Source of the DNA: Vulcanisaeta distributa DSM 14429
Lineage (GTDB): Archaea; Thermoproteota; Thermoprotei; Thermoproteales; Thermocladiaceae
Direction of reading: 5' to 3'
Assembly (NCBI RefSeq): GCF_000148385.1
Contig: NC_014537.1
Location: 240,001 to 272,000, forward strand
DNA: 32,000 bases
Under the pieces are notes generated by a model. The model saw only the letters and a list, made by a program, of their open reading frames with translations. It had not been told where the DNA came from and did no database searches. Below, in pieces: positions 1 to 8,970 of this stretch; position 1 is the first letter of the stretch; each line of letters begins with the position of its first letter. Both the position numbers and the translations under genes were made by a program.

Positions 1-242
1 CGATACCTCACGACCAAGTTTTTGAGGAGACGGCCACGGTTACTCACGAGGCGTATACAGGGAGGATTAGTGAGGATAAGCTATTCTACCTACGTAGTAG
101 GGGTTTTGATGAGGGTACCGCTAGGAGCCTAGTGGTTCTTGGCTTTATTCAGGACATAACCGTTAGATTGCCCACGGAATACGCAATGACATTGAATAGG
201 GTTATTGAGCTTGAGTTTAGTAAATTGTCTAAGGTAGGATGA
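1..242 (+). CDS. sufB: Fe-S cluster assembly protein SufB, C-terminal end (gene starts upstream of window)
   Basis: Own translation of frame 3 gives ...HEAYTGRISEDKLFYLRSRGFDEGTARSLVVLGFIQDITVRLPTEYAMTLNRVIELEFSKLSKVG, with stop TGA at 240-242. This matches the conserved SufB/SufD C-terminal FYLxSRG...GF block. A SufD-like ORF follows 31 nt later. Confidence 0.75.
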   Translation, partial: IPHDQVFEETATVTHEAYTGRISEDKLFYLRSRGFDEGTARSLVVLGFIQDITVRLPTEYAMTLNRVIELEFSKLSKVG

Positions 243-273
243 CTTAAAAGAGCCTAGGGCTAGGTGGTTTTGA

Positions 274-1476
274 ATGGGTAAGTGGCTTAATGAATTGAAG
301 CTTAGGGCTAGGGAGCTCGCCCAGAAGATACCGTATCAACAAATCAGGGACTCACCATCGGTTAAGTACTACACCGACTGGAATGCCTTTGAGAGGTGCG
401 CTGACCCAAGCCCTGAGGACCTATCTAAGTACTCGGCAATTAACATACCTTATGAGCTAAACATAGCCTCTATAAACGGTAATGTAAATATTACGAAGGT
501 ACCGAGCGGCATTACTGCAATAAGCATTAACGATCTTGGTGAGGAGCTTGGTAAATTACTGTTTAAATCAATAGATATATCAGAGTCTAAGGCCCTGGCG
601 CGTCATGTAGCCAATCTAGTTAATGGTGTTTATATCGAGGTTAATGAAGACTTAAGGGAACCGCTTAGGATAGGCGTAGTCACGTCATTACTAAAGCAGG
701 CATTATTGCCAATGCACTACACAATACTTATTGGCGATGGAGTCAATGCATCACTTAGTCTATTCATGCTCGGTCTCGGTGGTTGCCCATCAACTACGGT
801 AGAGATTTACCTGGGCAGAAACTCTAAGTTGAATGTATTATTCACAAGCACGCATGAGCAATTACCCACCTACTCACTGATTAAGGTCGTAGCAGGCGAT
901 GAATCATCAATAACCGCTAGAACACTAATTATGGGAGGGTCAATGAACCACCACAGGGAGGACTACTTACTACAGGGTAGGAGGAGCAGCCTAAATCACC
1001 TGGGCCTTGAGGTTGGTTATGGGGTGTCGAGGATTGATTACCAGGTGAATGCAATGCACACCGGTGAGTATGGTACGAGCTATTCAAAGGTCCTGGGCAT
1101 AGCCAGGGATAAATCCTTCATAATACATAGGGCTTTGGGCAGGGTAACGGAAAGCGCTAAGTGGAGTGACACTAATGTTGAGGGTAAGGTCTTCGTAATG
1201 AATGAGGGCGCCTACGCAGCCTCGGTACCAATAATCATGGTAGATACTGGCGATGTGAGTGGGGCAAGGCACAGCGCGGCGGATGCGTCGCCGGATGAGG
1301 ACCAGGTTAATTACCTTAGGCTCAGGGGTATCAGTAGGGATGAGGTCACAGACCTAATAATACATGAGGTAACTTCCCAATTTATTGACTCACTACCGAG
1401 TGAATTCTCATATGATGCTGAGGTAATAAGGTCATTAGTAATGGGCAAGTTAATGATAAGGCAGGGCACTACTTAA
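274..1476 (+). CDS. sufD: Fe-S cluster assembly protein SufD
   Basis: 400-aa ORF directly downstream of the SufB tail. The C-terminal block GARHSAADASPDEDQVNYLRLRGISRDEVTDLII resembles the shared SufB/SufD motif. Size is typical of archaeal SufD. Confidence 0.7.
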   Translation: MGKWLNELKLRARELAQKIPYQQIRDSPSVKYYTDWNAFERCADPSPEDLSKYSAINIPYELNIASINGNVNITKVPSGITAISINDLGEELGKLLFKSIDISESKALARHVANLVNGVYIEVNEDLREPLRIGVVTSLLKQALLPMHYTILIGDGVNASLSLFMLGLGGCPSTTVEIYLGRNSKLNVLFTSTHEQLPTYSLIKVVAGDESSITARTLIMGGSMNHHREDYLLQGRRSSLNHLGLEVGYGVSRIDYQVNAMHTGEYGTSYSKVLGIARDKSFIIHRALGRVTESAKWSDTNVEGKVFVMNEGAYAASVPIIMVDTGDVSGARHSAADASPDEDQVNYLRLRGISRDEVTDLIIHEVTSQFIDSLPSEFSYDAEVIRSLVMGKLMIRQGTT

Positions 1477-2116
1477 CCGCCTCAATACATGCAAAGCCAA
1501 AACCCTCAGCCTTACTTAGATCAACTACCTGAGGCTCCTCGTGATAATCACCGACACCCCTGGATAACACGGCCACGGCCTTATCACTAACCGTAAAGCC
1601 CAGGGACTCAAGCACCTCCTTCACCTCGCCAACAGTGTAAAAGTGAGCCACCGAGTAAAATCTGTGACCCCTCCTACCCAATTCCATGTAATACTTACCA
1701 TGCTCACTATTCCTCGGCACGATACAAGTAATCAACTTGCCACCTGGCTTAAGAATTCTATGAACCTCAGTTAAGGTCTTCCTTGGATCATCGAGGAAGC
1801 ATATGGTCACTATTATAACGGCATAATCAAATGATGAGACCCTAAGCGGCATTGACTCGCCAACACCAACCACGACATCGACACCCCTACCCCTAGCCAA
1901 CTCAGCCATAGCCATTGCAGGTTCGAGACCAATTGGTATACCAACCCTGCCAGCAAAGAATCCGCTGCCAACACCAACCTCAATTCCGAGACCCCTGGGT
2001 ATGAGCATAGATACGGCCTTAACCTCGGACTCCGCAGTGTCCACATGCTTCACGTACCAATTATCGTAGTCCCTGGCATACCTATTAAATATTGGTATTG
2101 ATGACGTAGTAATCAC
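1469..2116 (-). CDS. class I SAM-dependent methyltransferase (type 11-like)
   Basis: Glycine-rich SAM motif GIEVGVGSGFFA and post-I/II motifs (LKPGGKLI). The GTG start overlaps the TGA stop of the upstream PhoU-like gene (GTGA), suggesting co-translation. Confidence 0.75.
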   Translation of the reverse strand: MITTSSIPIFNRYARDYDNWYVKHVDTAESEVKAVSMLIPRGLGIEVGVGSGFFAGRVGIPIGLEPAMAMAELARGRGVDVVVGVGESMPLRVSSFDYAVIIVTICFLDDPRKTLTEVHRILKPGGKLITCIVPRNSEHGKYYMELGRRGHRFYSVAHFYTVGEVKEVLESLGFTVSDKAVAVLSRGVGDYHEEPQVVDLSKAEGFGFACIEAVK

Positions 2117-3141
2117 CCGTATGTGTCGAGGGTTATCTCAGCAATGTCATAGCTATACTCAGAAATCCTCCTAATACTCTCTACTATCATCATTAACCTA
2201 CCACCAACATCAACGTGAAGGCTACTACCGTATATCGACTTAATAACCTCAAGGCTCTTGCTCCTCATGACGACTCTCCTATCCAGGACCTCCATGGCAT
2301 CATTAACATCACCATTAATAAACGCCATAGCCGCCTCCCTAAGTATATCGGCTGAGTTAAGTCCGAGATCGATGATGTTATCCACGATTAACAACTCACT
2401 AAGCTTACAACACATATGACTAGCCTCACCAATTATCTGGGCAATCCTCCAGGCATGGTCACCAGCCCTCTCTATGGACTTAGAGACCATTAGGGAGTTC
2501 ACCAACTCCTTGGAACTACCGGCTTCAAGCTTAGAGAGTACTGATTGGTCAGTGATCCCCATCATAACCAACCTCTCAATGAGCAGGTATAACCTATCAA
2601 CCTCATTATCCCTATCAATAATGTCTGAAGGTTCTATGGCCGATCCACGAAGCATATCCAACGAATCCTTAAGCATGCCGAGTACCGTGAGAGCCATTCT
2701 ATTTAGCAACCTCTTAATCGGCACCTCAGGTATTGGCGTCACAAACCTAAAGACAATATAGTCATTACCCTCCTCAATAACCTCAGCCCCAGAGATCCTC
2801 TCCCTAACAAGCTCCTTAACCTCATCCTTAATGCCCGTAAACCCATCGAACTTAACCTTAATCTCATCAACACCCCTAAGGTACTGGGTAATTAACCTCC
2901 TAAGGACGTAATCAGAGCTATCCCTATCAACCTCAATAACATTGCTAACACTTGAACCACGTACTGAACGGCTCAGCGGAATGATAGCCACGTGATCACC
3001 CATGAACCTCAGGAGTACGTATGAACCGGCCTCAATACCAAGCGCCGAGACCCACTTCTTGGGTATTGTAATGGCTATTGAGGACCTACCCGAAGCCACG
3101 ACCTTCCTAACCTCCTCCTCAACCACATGCTTCAAACGCAA
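2113..3141 (-). CDS. AbrB/SpoVT-domain plus PhoU-domain putative phosphate-uptake regulator
   Basis: The N-terminus GRSSIAITIPKKWVSALGIEAGSYVLL is a swapped-hairpin AbrB/SpoVT signature. The remaining ~250 aa are helical PhoU-like repeats (DRDNEVDRLYLLIERL, ERAGDHAWRIAQ). TTG start. Confidence 0.7.
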   Translation of the reverse strand: MRLKHVVEEEVRKVVASGRSSIAITIPKKWVSALGIEAGSYVLLRFMGDHVAIIPLSRSVRGSSVSNVIEVDRDSSDYVLRRLITQYLRGVDEIKVKFDGFTGIKDEVKELVRERISGAEVIEEGNDYIVFRFVTPIPEVPIKRLLNRMALTVLGMLKDSLDMLRGSAIEPSDIIDRDNEVDRLYLLIERLVMMGITDQSVLSKLEAGSSKELVNSLMVSKSIERAGDHAWRIAQIIGEASHMCCKLSELLIVDNIIDLGLNSADILREAAMAFINGDVNDAMEVLDRRVVMRSKSLEVIKSIYGSSLHVDVGGRLMMIVESIRRISEYSYDIAEITLDTYG

Positions 3142-3176
3142 ACACTTAATTAATCTTATCAGCGGTTAGGGAGAGG

Positions 3177-3719
3177 ATGCTTAGGGTCTTAATAACAGGG
3201 CCACCAGGTGTGGGCAAGACCACCCTCATTAAGCGATTAGTTGATCATGCAAGGTCAATGGGCGTTGAGGTTTTCGGCTTCATAACCACCGAGGTTAGGG
3301 AGGGTGGTTCTAGGGTGGGCTTCAGGATAGTGGATATTAATAATGGTAGGGAGGCTTGGCTGGCCCACGTGAGCCTATTCACGGGTGGGCCGACGGTTGG
3401 TAAGTACAATGTTAATCTAAGGGCTATGGAGGAGGTTGGGATACCAGCTATAAGGGCTGCTAAGCCTGGCTCATTACTCGTGATTGATGAGATTGGCAAG
3501 ATGGAGTTAATGCACAGAGACTTCCTGAGGGCTCTTGAGGAGGTTATTAATGGCGTTCACTTCCTCGGCACGATATACATGGCCTATAGGACCAATAGGC
3601 CTGTGGCATCCTTCGTGAGTAAGTACGGATTTAAAATCGTTGAGTTAACGAGGACTAATAGAGACCAGATATTCAATGAGTTGGTTAAGGAATTAAATAA
3701 AGAGGTCAAACCAATATGA
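3177..3719 (+). CDS. P-loop nucleoside-triphosphatase, THEP1/MJ1559-like
   Basis: Walker A ITGPPGVGKTTL, Walker B LLVIDEIGKME, ~180 aa. AT-rich TATA-like stretch ~27 nt upstream of the ATG. Confidence 0.8.
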   Translation: MLRVLITGPPGVGKTTLIKRLVDHARSMGVEVFGFITTEVREGGSRVGFRIVDINNGREAWLAHVSLFTGGPTVGKYNVNLRAMEEVGIPAIRAAKPGSLLVIDEIGKMELMHRDFLRALEEVINGVHFLGTIYMAYRTNRPVASFVSKYGFKIVELTRTNRDQIFNELVKELNKEVKPI

Positions 3720-3995
3720 TAATACTCCGTAATGCACGATGTATTCTGAGCAAAGTTAAGATGTTAAGGTGTCTTGACATAATGCTGATAATATTTTGAA
3801 CTTATTCTAATATTCATTTATTTTCAGTGCTAAGCTAATGATTATCTGATAACTGGTGCGATAGTATATAGAATAGATCTCAGCCTTTTAACAATGCAGT
3901 AATATGAGGTTAAGTATTCTGGGAATTTCTACTCTATTACCCTAAATCAAGGACTTACTATACTTTTTCATAATAATGGATTTCCTGCCATGTCA

Positions 3996-5116
3996 TTACC
4001 TTAGGTACTTCCTAATGGCGTATTCCAACACTGGGTCTGCTATTTTATACACATCGCCCTGCTTCTCAAGTATGCTCATATTAACTAAATGCCTTAATAG
4101 GTCCGTGAAGTTATGACTATCCACGGTAATACCCTCCTCCAACTCCACAGCCCTCTTTATCTCAGACCACCTCCTTGGTTCTTCAGCGACTGTTCTCAGT
4201 ATTATTTTATACCTATTCTCAGCTCTTGACTTCGCCAGGAATGACTTCAATTCCTCAATTTCCTGCCTAGCGGCCATATCAACTATGGAGTTTAAATCCC
4301 TATTACCATGCACATAATTCCAACCAAATAGCGTTAACCAACCAATTATACCATCCAGCCTACTTATAGCCTCCCTAATAACATCATCACTAACCTGAAC
4401 CCCATACTGCTCAAAGCCCCTCCTCAGGAAATCCAGGGACTCCTCAACGGTTAATCTCCTAAGTCTCACCTCTACCACTGCCCTGCCATAGAGCGGTGAT
4501 TTAGGATCATTCAGCCTTAATGTTTCATAAACCATACCGACCTGCGACCCAGTTAGTATGGTCACAATATTGCCCAGGTTATCATAAATATACGCCAATA
4601 ACATGGGTACATTTAGGCCCAGTGACCTTAACTCCTGAACCTCATTAATGGCAAACACAACCCTTATGCTCAAGTCCTCGGCAACTTTATCCACGGCCTC
4701 CAATAACGACGTAAGTACAGCCCTACCCCTTCGCCAAGATACGGATACACTCAGGGGCTGTATAACTATTGAAACACCATCAATATTACGTAACAAACTA
4801 ATTAGTTTATCCTTAAAACTAGACCTCTGTTGTAGGAAGTTTGTTAATGCCTGCGAGAACTCAGTCATGAAACCCCTAATGTTCATCCCTCCCTCATTAA
4901 GTATAATCCTCCTGGCATCAACTAGTATATGTGGTATTCCATAATATTTAAGAAACTCCTTAAGAGGCTCGACTTACCCATCCTCCTAATGCCTAGTATT
5001 ACTGCGATCCTACCATCCCTATAGCACGCAATCAATTTATTAAGTTCGTCCCTAAAATCGTATAACTCCTCAATACGTTCCTTGGGCCTTAAATCGAAAA
5101 GCACTGGTACCGCCAC
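3996..5116 (-). pseudogene. archaeal ATPase (AAA, PF01637-like with DUF234-like C-terminus), split by a frameshift
   Basis: The 4922..5116 ORF carries Walker A (GIRRMGKSSLL) and then stops. My translation of the -1 frame continues ...KEFLKYYGIPHILVDARRIILNEGGMNIRGF... directly into the 3996..4886 ORF. The two frames join at mRNA AGC CUC UUA AGG (plus-strand ~4958-4966), consistent with a 1-nt indel in an A run. Confidence 0.75.
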
Positions 5117-5140
5117 CAGTAACTGGTACTACCACCAGCA
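5103..5140. promoter_or_regulatory. tandem 19-bp repeat, each unit an inverted repeat CTGGT-N6-ACCAG (operator candidate)
   Basis: ACTGGTACCGCCACCAGTA (5103-5121) and ACTGGTACTACCACCAGCA (5122-5140) are 16/19 identical. They lie between the TATA box and the start codon of the ATPase gene. Confidence 0.5.
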
Positions 5141-5143
5141 ATA

Positions 5144-5152
5144 ATTTAAATA
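5144..5152 (-). promoter_or_regulatory. TATA box candidate for the ATPase gene
   Basis: ATTTAAATA lies ~32 nt upstream of GTG 5116 on the minus strand. Confidence 0.45.
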
Positions 5153-5433
5153 CTTACCTCCATCGAAGCACTTCGGCATGACTTATATAATTAGGCAATT
5201 ATGATTATTCCTTAACAGTTTAGTTAAGTTTTATTTTACGTATATGCCTTACGGACTTTATGTAGCTTAATAATTATAATTCTAACCGTGATGCTTATAT
5301 TAATACCACATCGTTCCAATCGCTTTGCGTTAGCGTTATTGTCACCGCGTATTTCGATTATTATTTCCATTTAATTATTTATTTAAATAATCTGGTTTGT
5401 ATTTTCCCTGTTTTAATGGGTTAGGTTTAAATA

Positions 5434-6453
5434 TTGTTTAAAACGGGCGTCTTCGTGGGTAGATTAAGAATTTTGCTTGTTTCGGACCTACACGGCTCAA
5501 GTGTGGCATATGGCAAGTTATCCAATGCCATTAAATTCTATAAGGCCGATATAGTGGTCTTTGCAGGCGACCTCACGGGTAAGGCCCTAGTGCCTATTAT
5601 TCGGGATGATGGATCCTTCAGCCTTGGTTCTGGCGTTAGTAAGTATGTGGTTAATGTATTTGGTGATGTTAAGGCTGTGGATGGTAAGGATCTTGATAAG
5701 GTAATTAGGGAGTTGAGGGGTAGGGGTTACTACCCATTCGTTACTGATAAGGCCGGCTATGAAGAATTAGCCAGCAATAGGGATAGGGTTAGGGAAACCT
5801 TCGTTAAGCTTATGATCAATGCCCTGGAGGAGGACCTGAGCAAGGTTGTTGCAAGGTATAGGGAGGCCGGTGTTAAGCTATTGATAATGCCAGGTAATGA
5901 TGATTACCCAGAGATTGCAGATTACGTGAAGAAACAAGCCTCTGATGTGTTAATACCGATTGATGAGGATGTCGTTGAGATAAACGGCTATTACTTCCTA
6001 GGCTTTGGATACTCAACACCAACACCCTGGAACACACCCAGGGAGGTTAGTGAGGAGGAGCTTAGGGCGAGGGTTGAGAGGTTAATAAGGGGTATTGATC
6101 AATCAAGGCTCACCAAGTTGATTATGGTTATTCATGACCCACCATACAACACCCTAATCGACCAAGCCTACCAACTAAGTAAGGACTTCAAGCCCGTGAT
6201 TAGGGGTGGCGAGGTTTTGAGGACGCACGTCGGTAGTAAGTCGGTGAGGGCTTTGATTGAGGAGTACTCACCGTTAATGGGCATGCATGGGCACATACAT
6301 GAGGCGCCCGGCATTGACTACGTTAAGAGTAATGCAGGCGCCAAGGTGCCCGTCATTAACGCAGGTAGTGAGTACTCGGAGGGTGTGCTTAGGATGGCTT
6401 ACCTAATCGTTGAGGATAATAAATTGAAGAATTATTTCCTACTCAAGGGCTAG
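5434..6453 (+). CDS. calcineurin-like metallophosphoesterase
   Basis: Motifs LLVSDLHGS, FAGDLTGK, MPGNDD, GHIHE. The true start is probably GTG 5455 (MGRLRILLVSDLHG), because TTTAAATA at 5426-5433 sits ~25 nt upstream of it. Confidence 0.8.
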   Translation: MFKTGVFVGRLRILLVSDLHGSSVAYGKLSNAIKFYKADIVVFAGDLTGKALVPIIRDDGSFSLGSGVSKYVVNVFGDVKAVDGKDLDKVIRELRGRGYYPFVTDKAGYEELASNRDRVRETFVKLMINALEEDLSKVVARYREAGVKLLIMPGNDDYPEIADYVKKQASDVLIPIDEDVVEINGYYFLGFGYSTPTPWNTPREVSEEELRARVERLIRGIDQSRLTKLIMVIHDPPYNTLIDQAYQLSKDFKPVIRGGEVLRTHVGSKSVRALIEEYSPLMGMHGHIHEAPGIDYVKSNAGAKVPVINAGSEYSEGVLRMAYLIVEDNKLKNYFLLKG

Positions 6454-6491
6454 GTAGGATTTTTAAATAGAGTAATCGAGAGTGAACCAAC

Positions 6492-7319
6492 GTGGAAGTT
6501 AACCTGGAATCACTGATTAAGGACCTAGCCATTAGGGCTGGCTCCTTCGTTAGGTCTAAGGCTAATGACATGAGCTATAGGCAAATAATGAGGAGGGGTT
6601 TAACGGATGTTTCCCGGCGTATTGACCTAGAAGTCGAGGACATAATAATCAAGGGGATTGAGGAGGAGGGTTTAAGGGCTGTGATAAACACTGAGGAGAG
6701 GGGTGTCGTAAGGGTTGGTGATGGTGAACCGGAGTACGTATTTATAATCGATCCACTAGATGGCTCGTTAAATTTTGTACTGGATATACCGTTCTACTCA
6801 ATATCAATCGCAGTCGGTAAGTACGGTAACTCACTGAGATTCAGCGATTTAACGGATGGCGTTGTTTATTACGTTACGAAGGACGTACTTTACTACGGTG
6901 GTCCCAGAGGCGTTGAGTTTAGGGGTGATGATCTTGGGGATCTCAGTGAGGATATTGATAGGCCCGTCATATCGCTTTATCTCGAGCCTGATGCAGACGA
7001 AAGGTTGTTACGAGGGCTTAGGGCTATTTATGATCGATTCGGTAGGTTTAAGATTAGGAGTCTCGGTGCGGCTAGTCTTGAGATGGTCATGGCATCAATT
7101 GGTAGGTTCCTCGCCTTCATGGACCTCAGGAATAGGCTTAGGATATTTGACGTCGCCGGCGCCTACGTGATTTCCAGGGCAATGAAGGTCGATGTGTACA
7201 CACTTAACGGTGGTAAGTTAGGTAACGAGTTAGTGAGTAGTGATAGGAGGTTTAGCCTAGTCGTTAGTAGGAATGGTGATTTCATTAGGAGCTTCCTTGA
7301 TTTATTGAGGGTTAAGTGA
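6492..7319 (+). CDS. inositol monophosphatase / fructose-1,6-bisphosphatase family protein
   Basis: Metal-binding motifs TEERG and IIDPLDGSLNF. TTTTAAATA at 6461-6469 lies ~27 nt upstream of the GTG start (leaderless). Confidence 0.75.
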   Translation: MEVNLESLIKDLAIRAGSFVRSKANDMSYRQIMRRGLTDVSRRIDLEVEDIIIKGIEEEGLRAVINTEERGVVRVGDGEPEYVFIIDPLDGSLNFVLDIPFYSISIAVGKYGNSLRFSDLTDGVVYYVTKDVLYYGGPRGVEFRGDDLGDLSEDIDRPVISLYLEPDADERLLRGLRAIYDRFGRFKIRSLGAASLEMVMASIGRFLAFMDLRNRLRIFDVAGAYVISRAMKVDVYTLNGGKLGNELVSSDRRFSLVVSRNGDFIRSFLDLLRVK

Positions 7320-7379
7320 AAGTTTTGTTGTTCTAATTAGTTAATTAGTTAGGAGGGGTTAAATAGGCGTTTACTTAAC

Positions 7380-7613
7380 GTGAAATTAATGAGGATCAGA
7401 CTAAACCTGGAATGCCCGAGGTGTGGTGGTGCATTGTTTATGGAGGAGGATGATAAAAACGTCAGTGTTTACTGTATTAGGTGTGGCCTTAGGGTTAGTT
7501 GGAAGTTGCGTGATGCGGCCAGGAGGGCCGTTAAGAACATCGACGGCTCATTAATATTTGATTGGAGTTCTGTGATTGATGAGTTGTACCTTGAACTTAC
7601 CATTAATCATTAA
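7380..7613 (+). CDS. small zinc-ribbon protein (hypothetical)
   Basis: CPRCGG...CIRCG double CxxC. The likely real start is ATG 7389, ~27 nt downstream of GGTTAAATAGG. Confidence 0.5.
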   Translation: MKLMRIRLNLECPRCGGALFMEEDDKNVSVYCIRCGLRVSWKLRDAARRAVKNIDGSLIFDWSSVIDELYLELTINH

Positions 7614-7694
7614 ATGGGTAATACTCAATTCATGAGTTAGAAAGATTAATTTAGGTCAATTCGAATTCACTGTGGAATTCCCTGGTGATTAATT

Positions 7695-8087
7695 TTGGCT
7701 GAGGAATTAACGCCTCAGTTAAGTAAGAGGTTGAAGGAGTGGTTGCTGGAATTAGCTGGCAAACTTAATTGGAGGGTTGATAGGGTCCTGGACTCATATA
7801 GGTTAGCCCAGCGTTCAGAGATAATTGACGTTAGGGATGATGGTGAGTCAATAAGCGGCATTAGACTTAAGGTTCCCTCAGAGACCAGGGACAACACGTA
7901 TTACTACGTGTCCGTCGGCCCATATGGCGCAAAGTGCACCTGCGAGGCATCGGTGATTAGGGGTGAGGTTTGTAAACACATAGTTGCCGGTCTCGTAATG
8001 TGGAACATGCTTAGCGTTATTAAGTACGGTAGGTGGCTCGACCTTAATGAGTTAGAATGGTTGAGGCAAACCCAGGATAATAAATAA
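7695..8087 (+). CDS. SWIM zinc-finger domain protein
   Basis: CTCEASVIRGEVCKH fits the CxC...CxH SWIM signature. TTG start preceded by a GGTGA Shine-Dalgarno-like box at 7684-7688. Confidence 0.6.
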   Translation: MAEELTPQLSKRLKEWLLELAGKLNWRVDRVLDSYRLAQRSEIIDVRDDGESISGIRLKVPSETRDNTYYYVSVGPYGAKCTCEASVIRGEVCKHIVAGLVMWNMLSVIKYGRWLDLNELEWLRQTQDNK

Positions 8088-8241
8088 CTAGGTTTGTCAT
8101 TTATTGGGAGTAGATACTTAGTGTAAAAGTTTTACGCATTAAATAATAGCGTGACAACTCCCATGAGGAGGTTAATGCATCACACCGCTGGTCATAAGTA
8201 CTGATTAGTCTTTAAAAAGATACCTTGAGGAAATATATTGA

Positions 8242-8943
8242 TTGAATATGGCCTGGAAGAAATACCTATCATTGGCAATAATTCTTTCTATCACAATACT
8301 AATAACCCATTACGCACTTTCAGAAAGCATCTACGCCACCACGTCCTCAGCAACGTCGCCACCTTCATCGTACCTCTTCATAAATATAACGGCGCCGAAC
8401 TACGCAACCTGGACCATATACGCCAACGCATCCAACGGTTGGTATGCGTATTACTAGGGAAGTGGTTCACAGGCCTTTGGGCCTGCGTACGTTGGTGAGC
8501 CAGGTACTACGGTTACCTTCAACGTAACATCAATATCAGGCTGTGGATACCCATCAATCACCTATGAACCATCAAGCAACATAACATTATCGGAGGGCGC
8601 TAATTATGAGTACATAACCATTGAGTGCGTTCCCTACGTTAACGCCACGATAAACGTAACAAGTGGGGGAGGCATAATAGCGATACTTAGTACGCCAGGC
8701 TTCACAGCAAACCAATCACTAATCATTAATGGACCAACTACACAATCATTAATCCTACCCATGGATACCACATTATTCATAGTGGCATGGCCATTCTACG
8801 GATACACCCTAGAGGGCATTTACGTCAATGGCACGGCCATAAACTACACAGAGACCCCATACGGCTCATTCCACGCCGAGGTATTAATCTCATCAAACCT
8901 AACAATTACCGTGGAATTCACAAGCACAACCAGCAACTCATAG
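8242..8943 (+). pseudogene. secreted/membrane-anchored N-glycosylation-sequon-rich protein interrupted by one in-frame TAG
   Basis: ORFs 8242..8457 and 8761..8943 are in the same frame. My translation of 8458-8760 in that frame has no stop, so a single TAG at 8455-8457 splits a ~233-codon frame. N-terminal signal MAWKKYLSLAIILSITILITHYALS. At least 10 NxT/S sequons. Confidence 0.7.
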
Positions 8944-8970
8944 TGCATTCACAATATTAAATAAGTCTGG

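Noticed and set aside
3782-3849. Possible C/D-box sRNA (ATGCTGA ... AATGATTA-CTGA)
   Set aside because: The C box is imperfect. The C'-like box is directly adjacent to the D box, leaving no ~12-nt guide spacing. There is no D' box and no terminal stem, and the 68-nt length is atypical.
8163-8204. Possible C/D-box sRNA (ATGAGGA ... CTGA)
   Set aside because: The C box is degenerate. Only 42 nt are available, and there are no internal C'/D' boxes and no complementary termini.
8238-8498. 86-aa ORF overlapping the start of the secreted-protein gene in another frame
   Set aside because: The competing frame (8242-8943) has a signal peptide, coherent composition and 233 open codons apart from one TAG. 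The 8238 ORF has no such support.
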